This document shows positions 55,894 to 64,000 of a stretch of 64,000 bases of DNA, one piece after another. Location: positions 2,772,145 to 2,836,144 of the forward strand of contig OZ245031.1 in the NCBI GenBank assembly GCA_965223975.1, in the 5' to 3' direction. The notes under the pieces were generated by a model. The model had not been told where the DNA came from, ran no database searches, and was given only the letters and a program-made list of their open reading frames with translations. The translations under genes and the position numbers were made by a program. The DNA is from Pseudomonadales bacterium (GTDB taxonomy: Bacteria; Pseudomonadota; Gammaproteobacteria; Pseudomonadales; JBECKS01). Each line of letters starts with the position of its first letter. Position 1 is the first letter of the stretch.

Positions 55894-57318
55894 TTAATGC
55901 TCTGATACAAAGCATCCGTGGAAACCAAAAGGAACTCTCACGGGTAGATGGATAGTGGCTAGAGGCTCTGAGCTAAAATTCTGTGCGTCGATAATGATGA
56001 TATCACTGGTTTCTTTCTTAGAGTCGTACACCACCGATAGAACATAACCATCGTCTTCATCAGTCGCGCCCGACCTAGCGACAAAGATGCCTTCGCCGGC
56101 CTCACGGCCTTCGCATACTTCGTGATGTTCGGTCGTTCCCTTTTCTAGATCATGCTTAAGTAAGCCCGAAAAACTCATGCCGCCTGTTGTGGGTTTTAAA
56201 CAAAGACCATAGCCAAAGCGGTGAGGGTGACATTCGACGCTTGGGTTTATTACTGGAAACTCTTGAGCGATATCGCTTAAAACTTTGCTTTCCACCGTGC
56301 CTGCCACAGGGTTGATAGTCCAACGAACCAATTCACTAATATCTGCAGAAAATACTTCACCGCCGACAAAGCTATTATTGTGGCGCACCACGTCCATGAT
56401 AATATTGTCACCATCATCATAGGTGTTGAGTGGGTGATAAACGTAGCAAGGATCGATATTGATCCACTGAATATCTTCTGACTTACCTAGTCTTGGCATC
56501 ACGCCTAAACGAGCTTGGTGTTCGCTTGACCATTTAAACGGCATACCGCTTTCTGCAACACAATTGAGATCAAACACAACCGGAAGATCCATAAAAACTA
56601 CGCGAGTCGCCGATACTCCGAAATCATGCATCATCGTCGCTGCTGGCATATCAATGTCGGCGCTATGAATAATTTCACCCTCAGGGTTGGCTACATGATA
56701 ACGAAGGTAAGGTGCAAAAAACTCATAACCAAAAAAGATGAGCTCGCCGGTTTTTCCGTCCACCTTTGGATGGGCAGTCATATTGCTGGCAAGCTTGTCA
56801 GAAAAGTCATATTGGCCGATGGTATTTAGATGTTTATCCATATGATAGGGAAGCCCAACCTCTGGTAGCGCCAAAATCTTGTTTGCGTGTTTGATTACGC
56901 TTACGTTACCTGAGGCCTGAATCATAGGTTGCTTAGGGCTTATCGGCGCTGCCTTAAGCCCTTTGAGCTGTTCAACATTTTCGGTACGCACCCAGCGGTT
57001 TTTATAAGAGTGCGCGTTGCCGTTTTCTATTTGAATACCATGAAGCATACCATCTCCCATAAACCAGTGATGGTTGTCACCAGGTGCGATGGGGTTAGGT
57101 CCATTACGAAGCAGTTGGCCGTTTAGGTCGGCGGGTATTTGTCCACTGACTTCTAGGCTTGCAATACTTTGTTCGCCTTCGACAGGAGCGAAGTTGCCTT
57201 GAAGCACAGGGTTGTCCTCTGGCTTTAGCGCTTTGTTTTCTTTGCTAGCTACGTCGTTAGCAACGTTGTTAGGTAGGTTGTTAGCTTCGTTTTTGGCAGA
57301 GTTGGCGGTTGCTTCCAT
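55894..57318 (-). CDS. Carotenoid cleavage oxygenase (RPE65 family), copy 2
   Basis: His contexts MTAHPKVD, MMHDFGVS, YVYHPLNTY, FGFHGCF. I prefer ATG 57318 (GGGGA RBS) over the track start 57390, whose extension would run through an operator-like repeat. Confidence 0.85.
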   Translation of the reverse strand: MEATANSAKNEANNLPNNVANDVASKENKALKPEDNPVLQGNFAPVEGEQSIASLEVSGQIPADLNGQLLRNGPNPIAPGDNHHWFMGDGMLHGIQIENGNAHSYKNRWVRTENVEQLKGLKAAPISPKQPMIQASGNVSVIKHANKILALPEVGLPYHMDKHLNTIGQYDFSDKLASNMTAHPKVDGKTGELIFFGYEFFAPYLRYHVANPEGEIIHSADIDMPAATMMHDFGVSATRVVFMDLPVVFDLNCVAESGMPFKWSSEHQARLGVMPRLGKSEDIQWINIDPCYVYHPLNTYDDGDNIIMDVVRHNNSFVGGEVFSADISELVRWTINPVAGTVESKVLSDIAQEFPVINPSVECHPHRFGYGLCLKPTTGGMSFSGLLKHDLEKGTTEHHEVCEGREAGEGIFVARSGATDEDDGYVLSVVYDSKKETSDIIIIDAQNFSSEPLATIHLPVRVPFGFHGCFVSEH

Positions 57319-57353
57319 AGTGATCCCCAAATTGGTTGTTAAAGCTCGAATGT

Positions 57354-57410
57354 AACTAGACACTGACAAGACTGTAATGCAGCTTTCCAAATAAACTAGA
57401 CGCTGTCAAG
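57354..57410. promoter_or_regulatory. Two 17-bp operator-like repeats with internal dyad symmetry in the divergent oxygenase / TetR promoter region
   Basis: AACTAGACACTGACAAG at 57354-57370 and AACTAGACGCTGTCAAG at 57394-57410 (15/17 identical, 40 bp apart). Copy 2 contains ACTAGAC-gct-GTCAAGT, a dyad with one mismatch. Confidence 0.55.
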
Positions 57411-57472
57411 TTTATTCGTGCTATGCTCTAGGCTTGTGATATTCAAGCACTAGGTATGTTGGGAGTTTATCA

Positions 57473-58081
57473 GTGGCTTCGTCAAACAAAGCATCAGGTG
57501 GTGAGCGCTATCATCACGGCGACCTAAAACAAACTATTGTTAATACGGCCTTAGAGCTTATTGATGAGAAGGGCATGAACGGCTTTAGCTTACGAGAAGT
57601 GGCTCGTCGGGCCGGTGTATCTCATGGTGCGCCCGCGCACCACTTTAACGATATCAAAGGCTTATTTACCGAAATTGCTGTACAAGGCTTCAAGTCTTTA
57701 GCTAAGGACTTACACCAGATTGATACAGGTGATAGTGCCCTCGATTTTAGAGAGTTTGGTAAAACCTACGTGCGTTTTGCCGCCCATAATCCTGCCTCTT
57801 TCGAGGTGATGTTCCAGCCCAGCATGTACGATAAGTATAACGAGGGCTTGCTGAATGCGTCAGCTTCGGCGTATTCATTCTTAAGAGGAAGTGCTAAACA
57901 TATCGAAGAGAAGAGTGGTGGAAAGGTGGCTTCCAGTTCACTGGCATTACGAGCATGGTCGATTGCTCATGGTCTTTCTCAATTATGGTTGAGTGGGAAT
58001 CTGTCTCCAGACTTTGATCCCAAGGTATTGGAAGACTCGCTGACGTCGGTTTTTGATAGTTTGGCCAGTGGAAGCACATAG
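57473..58081 (+). CDS. TetR-family transcriptional regulator
   Basis: HTH FSLREVARRAGVSHGAPAHHFNDIKGL. GTG start with GGGAG RBS. Confidence 0.9.
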   Translation: MASSNKASGGERYHHGDLKQTIVNTALELIDEKGMNGFSLREVARRAGVSHGAPAHHFNDIKGLFTEIAVQGFKSLAKDLHQIDTGDSALDFREFGKTYVRFAAHNPASFEVMFQPSMYDKYNEGLLNASASAYSFLRGSAKHIEEKSGGKVASSSLALRAWSIAHGLSQLWLSGNLSPDFDPKVLEDSLTSVFDSLASGST

Positions 58082-58118
58082 CACTAAAATTTAGATAGAT
58101 TAGTTAATAGGTGAAACA

Positions 58119-58880
58119 ATGAGCGGACGCGTAAACGGAAAAATAGCCCTAGTTACAGGGGCGGCACAAGGACTAGGTAAAGCGATTTCAGAAAAGCTAC
58201 TGAGTGAGGGCGCTAAAGTATTGCTCAGCGATATTAACCTTAGTGCTGTTGAAGAGTGGTCAGCTCGCTATGGGGCGAGTGTTCGTAGTTTAAAACTGGA
58301 TGTGACTCAAGAGTCGGATTGGGAAGCAGCGGTCAAATACTGTGAACAAGAATTAGGTGCCTTGCATATATTGATTAATAACGCCGGAATTGGTGAGCTA
58401 GGCAGTGTTAAAGATATGCCTTTTGATGCTTGGAAGCGCGTCCATGCGATTAATGTTGATAGTGTGTTCTTAGGCTGCCAAAAATCCATTGGCTTAATGG
58501 AGGCTAGTGGTGGGGGTTCTATCGTCAATGTGTCTTCGATTGCTGGTATTATTGCTGATGAAAACTATGCAGCTTATAACTCCTCAAAGGCTGCGGTTAG
58601 ACATTTGAGTAAGTCGGTGGCGCTTTATGGGGCTAAGTTAAAGAATCAAGTGCGCAGCAACTCTATACATCCTGTATTTACTGATACTCCAATATTGGAT
58701 CCTTTTAAAGAAGTCTTTGGCGAAGATCAGGCTGTGAATAAATTAGCTAGGCAAATTCCAATGGGGCGCATAGCGCAACCTGAAGAAATCGCTAATGGGG
58801 TGTTGTATTTGGCTTCTGACGAGTCAGGGATGATGACTGGCAGCGAGCTAGTTATAGATGGTGGTATTTCAGCTCGTTGA
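58119..58880 (+). CDS. Short-chain dehydrogenase/reductase
   Basis: VTGAAQGLGKA and YNSSKAAV. Confidence 0.9.
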   Translation: MSGRVNGKIALVTGAAQGLGKAISEKLLSEGAKVLLSDINLSAVEEWSARYGASVRSLKLDVTQESDWEAAVKYCEQELGALHILINNAGIGELGSVKDMPFDAWKRVHAINVDSVFLGCQKSIGLMEASGGGSIVNVSSIAGIIADENYAAYNSSKAAVRHLSKSVALYGAKLKNQVRSNSIHPVFTDTPILDPFKEVFGEDQAVNKLARQIPMGRIAQPEEIANGVLYLASDESGMMTGSELVIDGGISAR

Positions 58881-59669
58881 TTCTTCTTGTTCGCTAGCTT
58901 GGGATGCCTTAAGGGTACGAGAGCGGTTTTTATTGATCCATTCAGCCAAAATTTCCCATTGCTCGCTATCTTTTTTATGACTGGAGCCTAGCTCAGATAT
59001 CCCGCGTCCAGACTCAAACGCCTTTACGTAGTTTTGTGTGTCCCTTACGGTGCTGACCATTGGGATCTCTAAGCGGTGTAGGAATAATCTAAGCTTGGAA
59101 TACATGAGCGTATTTTCTTTAGCCCTATTAGCGATGATGGCTACTTTCTTTTGTGAGCGCTTAAAGTAAGGGTTGAGTAATAAATTCTGAATAAAGCGCG
59201 TTGCCGCGTGGATATCGATAGGAGAGGGTTGAACAGGTATCAGGATAAAGTGAGCCTTTTCAATTAAGCGCTCAAACTCGATTCCCTGCATATTTCCCGG
59301 CGTGTCATAAATTAGGGTGTCGACTTCGTAAGGCGTCGCCAATTGTTGGGTGCGGGTAGTATTCAGACCAGGCTTTTTGAACGCCTTGATCCCGAAAATA
59401 GGTTCAAGCTGACTGTCTCTAAGCGATAACCAGTGGCTGCTTGATCCCTGGGGGTCAAAATCCAGGAGCGCGGGCTTGTGGTCATGATTGGCGAAATAGC
59501 TGGCAAGATTAGTAGCGATCGTGGTTTTCCCGCAGCCACCTTTGGTATTGAGGACTACAATGGAGTGCTTTTCGACTTTCTGTCTTTGGCGTACAGTCAC
59601 CTTAGAGCGGGTTTGCTCTTTTGGATCGTTGTTAGGGGTGTGTTCCTGTCTGTCCATTGTCCTGATCAT
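58869..59669 (-). CDS. Orphan ParA/MinD-superfamily ATPase
   Basis: Deviant Walker A LNTKGGCGKTTIATNLA after a ~35-aa basic N-terminal extension. 12-bp convergent overlap with the SDR gene. No parB-like neighbour. Confidence 0.8.
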   Translation of the reverse strand: MIRTMDRQEHTPNNDPKEQTRSKVTVRQRQKVEKHSIVVLNTKGGCGKTTIATNLASYFANHDHKPALLDFDPQGSSSHWLSLRDSQLEPIFGIKAFKKPGLNTTRTQQLATPYEVDTLIYDTPGNMQGIEFERLIEKAHFILIPVQPSPIDIHAATRFIQNLLLNPYFKRSQKKVAIIANRAKENTLMYSKLRLFLHRLEIPMVSTVRDTQNYVKAFESGRGISELGSSHKKDSEQWEILAEWINKNRSRTLKASQASEQEESTS

Positions 59670-59786
59670 GGGGCTTAAGCTAAAACTGCTGCTAAGATCT
59701 CTGGTTGGCCTATTAATGTTACGTGTGCATCGAGTATAGCAAAACTTCAGATATTAGATATAAAGATATCTTTAAGTCATTAAAAT

Positions 59787-60917
59787 CTAAGGGTTTTGTT
59801 GTTTATTAGGTTGGCACGTGGCCTCGATAAGTCCTTGATATTTAGAGTGAAAGGCCTCCCATGTTGGTATAGATATTCTATCCAAATCTAGGTCATCAAG
59901 CTTACCGTTGGCCCATAAATCATAGTACCGATTGATCAAATTTCGAGCACTAAGAGCTTCGTCTAATGGACTATTGAGGTGGCTTTCATAGAGAAAGTCT
60001 TCATCAAACAGCTCGGGATATACCAATCTATTCGGAAGTACTGGAACGCAGCCAAGCCGCACTGCCTCCATAATCGACAAACCTTGGAATTCGTGGAGGC
60101 TGGTTGATAATACTAGGTGGCTTTGGTTCAGAATTTTTAGGTAGTCTCGCCTATGTTCGATATAGCCAATATGACCGTTGAGACCATTATCTTTAAGAAG
60201 GTTTATTGTGGACTCCATTTCCTTAGGAATATTGCGAAAGCTTTGGCCTAAAATATTGATTCGAATATCCAGTTTAGACTCAACTATTTTTTCAACCAGT
60301 GCCAAAAGCTGAGTGCAACCCTTATCGTATTCCCAGCGATGATTCCAGGTTAGCGAAAACTCCTTGGGTTTTTCTATTGGATTGACGTTCATTTCTTCTT
60401 TGAGGGGGACGGGTAATACTGAGCTCTTACGGCTTAAAAGCTCAGGTAAACCTTTGGGTACGAAATCGGGAAATTTTTTAAGTAGCTGCTCGATACCCGC
60501 TAAACAGCTTTGGCGATTAAAGTGAGAGTTAAAAGCAATGTGGTCTGCGCACAGTAGGGTATAGAGTTGAAGCATTTGTTGCTCAACTTGCCCCTGTTGT
60601 TGGTGTTGACTAGGGTAATAAAACTGATTTTCGTGGCAGTAAACCAGAGTGGGGGTGCTAGCGAGATTGGGAATAAATCCTCGAAGGGCAGATAAGTCCG
60701 TCATTGAGCAGGCAATGATTAGGTCATAATCCGCCTCCAAGCTCTCTCGTTCTTGAAACGCCCAGCTCAGACTGTTGCTGCGCATACGCCAGGCAAAATA
60801 CCTTGGCGGTAAGTTTAAAACCGTCCATTGATATTCGGGCAGAGCCTCTATCATGCCTTCGTACCAATAACGATGACTGAGAATGTCGTAAGGTGAGAGT
60901 AGTAGTATTCTTTTCAT
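59787..60917 (-). CDS. DUF3524 + glycosyltransferase group 1 protein (tRNA-queuosine mannosyltransferase-like)
   Basis: Contains both DUF3524 hallmark motifs, HENQ (VYCHENQFYYP) and FNS (IAFNSHFN), followed by a GT1-like C-terminal half. Confidence 0.75.
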   Translation of the reverse strand: MKRILLLSPYDILSHRYWYEGMIEALPEYQWTVLNLPPRYFAWRMRSNSLSWAFQERESLEADYDLIIACSMTDLSALRGFIPNLASTPTLVYCHENQFYYPSQHQQQGQVEQQMLQLYTLLCADHIAFNSHFNRQSCLAGIEQLLKKFPDFVPKGLPELLSRKSSVLPVPLKEEMNVNPIEKPKEFSLTWNHRWEYDKGCTQLLALVEKIVESKLDIRINILGQSFRNIPKEMESTINLLKDNGLNGHIGYIEHRRDYLKILNQSHLVLSTSLHEFQGLSIMEAVRLGCVPVLPNRLVYPELFDEDFLYESHLNSPLDEALSARNLINRYYDLWANGKLDDLDLDRISIPTWEAFHSKYQGLIEATCQPNKQQNP

Positions 60918-61019
60918 AAAGCCGTATCGTCAACATTCACCCGTTTGGACTATCAAAATATGGCTTACAGTGTTTAATATTAAAGCCATAAAGCTAAAAC
61001 AACTTGCTAAGGAGCTGCT

Positions 61020-62573
61020 ATGTTACACCTTTCTCATTGGGCAAAACAAAACCCGGATAAACCCGCTGTGATTATGGCGAAAGATGGGTTTTCGGTAAGT
61101 TTTGCTGAGATTAATGATCGCTCCAATCAAGCTGCTCACTTGTTTAGAAGTTTAGGTCTTAAGCGTGGTGATCATGTTGCCTTTTTGATGGAAAATCACC
61201 CTTGTTTTTTTGAGTTGTGTTGGGCGGCGCAAAGAGCGGGCCTTTACTACACTCCGATATCCTACTATCTAAAGCCAGATGAAATCGCTTACATCGTTGA
61301 TAACTGTGATGCAAAGGTATTTATTTCATCTAAGGCTCAGCTTGCAGCCGCCCAAGAGGCTGCTAAATCTTGTAGCGGTGTGGAACAGTGTTATGTCACC
61401 GGTGACCGTCAGGGAGAATCGCTAAGCGATGGCGACTTTGCCAGTTGGGAAGAAGCGATTGCTTGCCACAAAAAAGAAGCCATCGCGGATGAGTCTGAAG
61501 GCCGAGAAATGCTGTACTCCTCGGGTACAACCGGGCGACCTAAAGGTATTAAGTTTTCCTTGTCTGATATTACAGAGTTAGGTGAGCCGCCTGAGATTAA
61601 AAATTCAGTCGCGTTGGTTCAGTTTATTGGTATTGACGATAACACCAACGCGATGACCACCTCACCTTTATATCACTCTATGCCTTTGGGTATGGCGATG
61701 GGCGCACATCGCTTGGGTTGTTCGGTTGTAATTATGGAAAAATTTGATGCCGAGCATGCTTTGCAACTTATTGAGCAATATAAAGTAGGTTATAGCCAAT
61801 GGGTACCGACCATGTTCGTGCGCGCATCGAAACTGAGTCCAGAGATCAAATACAAATACGATGTGAGTAGTTTAAAAATAATTTTGCATGGTGCAGCGCC
61901 GTGTCCTAAAGAGGTCAAAGAAGAAATGATTAACTGGTTTGGTCCAGTGCTTTGGGAGTTCTATTCTGGCTCTGAGCGTAACGGGATTTTTATGATCGGC
62001 TCAGATGATTGGATGGCCCATAAAGGCTCTGTAGGGAGATGTGTGGATGCCCAAGTCCATATCGTTGACGAAGAAACCGGTAAGGAACTACCACAAGGCG
62101 AAATCGGAACCATATATTGTTCAAAGGGAGAAGTGTTCCAGTATCATGGCGACGATGACAAAACGGAGTCGGTGACATTAAACGGTGATTGGACCACGAT
62201 TGGCGATGTGGGTTACCTCGACGAAGAGGGTTATCTTTATCTAACCGATCGCAAGTCTTACATGATTATCAGTGGGGGGGTGAATATTTACCCGCAGGAA
62301 ACTGAAGACTGTTTGATTCTTCACGAAAAGGTGGCCGACGTAGCAGTATTTGGTGTGCCTAATCCTGATTTAGGAGAAGAAGTTAAAGCCGTGATCGAGC
62401 CGGTTGATTTTTCACAAGCTGGGCCTGAATTAGAACAGGAGTTAATTGAATTTTGTCAAAGCAAAATTTCTAAACTTAAATGTCCTAAGAGTATCGACTT
62501 TCAAGAATCCTTACCTCGTGAAGATACGGGCAAGCTGAAAAAACGTTTGATTAAAGACGCCTATTGGAATTAG
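61020..62573 (+). CDS. Acyl-CoA synthetase (AMP-forming, ANL family)
   Basis: AMP-binding motif MLYSSGTTGRPKGI, and later GDVGYLDEEGYLYLTDRKSYMIISGGVNIYP. Confidence 0.9.
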   Translation: MLHLSHWAKQNPDKPAVIMAKDGFSVSFAEINDRSNQAAHLFRSLGLKRGDHVAFLMENHPCFFELCWAAQRAGLYYTPISYYLKPDEIAYIVDNCDAKVFISSKAQLAAAQEAAKSCSGVEQCYVTGDRQGESLSDGDFASWEEAIACHKKEAIADESEGREMLYSSGTTGRPKGIKFSLSDITELGEPPEIKNSVALVQFIGIDDNTNAMTTSPLYHSMPLGMAMGAHRLGCSVVIMEKFDAEHALQLIEQYKVGYSQWVPTMFVRASKLSPEIKYKYDVSSLKIILHGAAPCPKEVKEEMINWFGPVLWEFYSGSERNGIFMIGSDDWMAHKGSVGRCVDAQVHIVDEETGKELPQGEIGTIYCSKGEVFQYHGDDDKTESVTLNGDWTTIGDVGYLDEEGYLYLTDRKSYMIISGGVNIYPQETEDCLILHEKVADVAVFGVPNPDLGEEVKAVIEPVDFSQAGPELEQELIEFCQSKISKLKCPKSIDFQESLPREDTGKLKKRLIKDAYWN

Positions 62574-62584
62574 TGGAGCCTTAT

Positions 62585-62980
62585 ATGCCTTCGGTCGCAG
62601 AGAAAGAAAATCTTCCGTACTACCTGCTCGGGGGTGAAGAGGCGATTAAAGCGCTCTGTCATGAGTTTTATTTAGCTATGGATACGCTTGAGGATGCAAA
62701 AGGTATTCGCGATATGCATGGGCCTTCATTAGATGCCGTAGAAGGAAAGCTATTTGAATATCTATCCGGTTGGTTGGGCGGTCCACATTTGTATCAACAA
62801 AAGTACGGTACGGTCTGTTTAACCAGTCCGCATAAACCCTTTGCTTTGGATGAAAGTGCGAGAGATCAATGGTTGATGTGTATGGATGTTGCGCTCGATA
62901 AAATCGGTGCAGAAGAAAAAGTGAAAGAAATGCTGAAAGGACCCATGTACGACCTAGCCAATTTTATGCGTAATTGTTAA
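62585..62980 (+). CDS. Truncated (group II-like) bacterial haemoglobin
   Basis: FEYLSGWLGGPHLYQQKYG...SPHKPFALDESARDQWLMCMDVAL fits the truncated-globin pattern. I prefer ATG 62585 (GGAG RBS) over the track TTG 62564. Confidence 0.65.
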   Translation: MPSVAEKENLPYYLLGGEEAIKALCHEFYLAMDTLEDAKGIRDMHGPSLDAVEGKLFEYLSGWLGGPHLYQQKYGTVCLTSPHKPFALDESARDQWLMCMDVALDKIGAEEKVKEMLKGPMYDLANFMRNC

Positions 62981-63001
62981 CTGCTTAAAAATGGCAGAAA
63001 T

Positions 63002-63029
63002 AAAAAAGGGAGCCTTGGCTCCCTTTTTT
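63002..63029. terminator. Bidirectional rho-independent terminator
   Basis: A6 run, then GGGAGC-cttg-GCTCCC stem-loop (63008-63023), then T6 run. Lies between convergent genes. Confidence 0.8.
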
Positions 63030-63050
63030 CGTGCGTTATCAGCGAGTTGT

Positions 63051-63995
63051 TTATCCAGCCCACTCGTGACCCCATTTAGAAGCTTCGCTATTGTGGGTGG
63101 TTTCCCAGTCTTCGCCAACTTGAACACCTTGGCAACCAAACTCAAGTGCGAACATACCTGGGCTTAACATGTAGAAAGAAATCATCTCGTCATTGATGTG
63201 CTCACCCAAAGAAGACACGATCATGATTTCGCGCTCTTCAACACGCTTAAGGCAAGACTCTACTTCTTCGCGAGTTTCTACTTCGGCCATTAAGTGTACG
63301 CAACCAGGAGCTTTCGACGCAGGGCTAGGTTGAAACTCAGTTTCAGGAGTGGGTGCACCCCAGTTCCAAAGCGCTAGGCTGTGGTGACGTGGGTTACAGT
63401 GCATAAAGTAAATAATGCCGTGCTCACCATCTGGCCCAAGCTTGGTGATGTCTGAATCTTTAAAACCAAATAGGCTTTGGTAAAACTCATGTACGCCTTC
63501 GAAATCAGTCGGCGCGTGCAGCACTACGTGACCAAGGCCCATATCGCTGCCGTCGTCAGCAGTAGTGATGAACTTTTTAACATCAAGAGGTGATTGGAAA
63601 GTAACACCGTCATCAGCTTGCGCATCAGTAGACCAGTAAAGCTCAAAGTTGTTGCCAGCAGGATCGGCTAAACGTGCAAGGCCCGATACCGAGCGTGCGG
63701 CCAAAGTGTCAGTGTCTTCGATTTTTTCGAAAGCGATGCCTTTGCTCTCCAGTTCGCTAAGACCTTCGTTAAACGCGGCTTCAGAACCTAGGTCCCAGCC
63801 AGCAAAAAGCAAGCAATCAAAATCGCCCTTTACAACTTGATAGCGAAAAGGGCGTTGATCCATTTTTAGGTAAAGAGAGCCGTTATCGGGCATGGTGGTA
63901 GATTCCATCATGCCAACGACTTCAGTACCGTAGCTTTTCCAATTGTTAATGTCGGCTGCTTGAACAACCACATAGCCCAAATTTTTAACTTGCAT
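63051..63995 (-). CDS. Two-domain extradiol ring-cleavage dioxygenase (VOC / BphC-like family)
   Basis: 314 aa. The N-terminus MQVKNLGYVVVQAADINNWKSYGTEVVGM is typical of type I extradiol dioxygenases. The second module contains LGHVVLHAP... Confidence 0.75.
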   Translation of the reverse strand: MQVKNLGYVVVQAADINNWKSYGTEVVGMMESTTMPDNGSLYLKMDQRPFRYQVVKGDFDCLLFAGWDLGSEAAFNEGLSELESKGIAFEKIEDTDTLAARSVSGLARLADPAGNNFELYWSTDAQADDGVTFQSPLDVKKFITTADDGSDMGLGHVVLHAPTDFEGVHEFYQSLFGFKDSDITKLGPDGEHGIIYFMHCNPRHHSLALWNWGAPTPETEFQPSPASKAPGCVHLMAEVETREEVESCLKRVEEREIMIVSSLGEHINDEMISFYMLSPGMFALEFGCQGVQVGEDWETTHNSEASKWGHEWAG

Positions 63996-64000
63996 CTGTT

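Noticed and set aside
1-64000. Search for tRNA/rRNA genes, CRISPR arrays, IS elements, integrases, phage genes and toxin-antitoxin pairs
   Set aside because: By eye I found no regularly spaced repeat array, no cloverleaf-like conserved tRNA ends, no transposase or integrase motifs and no inverted terminal repeats. A tRNAscan, Rfam or ISfinder run would be needed to be certain.

Overview
64-kb chromosomal segment from a moderate-GC (about 43-45% by eye) gammaproteobacterium. Gene content looks marine or lipid-metabolising: a WS/DGAT wax-ester synthase, two RPE65-type carotenoid-cleavage oxygenases, and housekeeping blocks nadK / yeaC-like / DUF2797 / pepN and metG / dcd.

Positions 1-17349 are one co-directional type VI secretion (T6SS) locus. 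In order it contains: the 3' end of an upstream CDS (maybe tssL), tssM, a single ORF joining a TssB-like N-terminus to a full TssC-like body, hcp, tssE, tssF, tssG, and an atypical 978-aa VgrG. VgrG is followed by a translationally coupled block (three consecutive ATGA start/stop overlaps). That block encodes a 949-aa DUF2169 + coiled-coil + pentapeptide-repeat protein, a 350-aa pentapeptide-repeat protein, a DUF3540-like protein, a toxin-less DUF4150 PAAR-like cap and a DUF3467-like small protein. No clpV, tssA, tssJ, tssK or recognisable toxin/immunity pair lies in the visible part. This fused-sheath T6SS with the vgrG-DUF2169-pentapeptide-DUF3540-PAAR-like module (reminiscent of the Burkholderia T6SS-5 tag genes) is the main candidate for something new.

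Downstream, 17.3-25.2 kb looks accessory. It holds a ClC channel, a stand-alone class III nucleotide cyclase, a ~1-kb AT-rich gene-poor stretch with two small ORFs (one absent from the ORF track), a 7TMR-DISM histidine kinase with a LuxR-type regulator, an orphan secreted Lys-rich protein and a glycine-zipper lipoprotein. The rest is mostly core and lipid or aromatic metabolism with TetR regulators, an orphan ParA-like ATPase, a GGDEF protein and similar genes.

I recognised no rRNA, tRNA, CRISPR array, transposase or integrase. All protein family calls come from motif recognition by eye, not from database searches.
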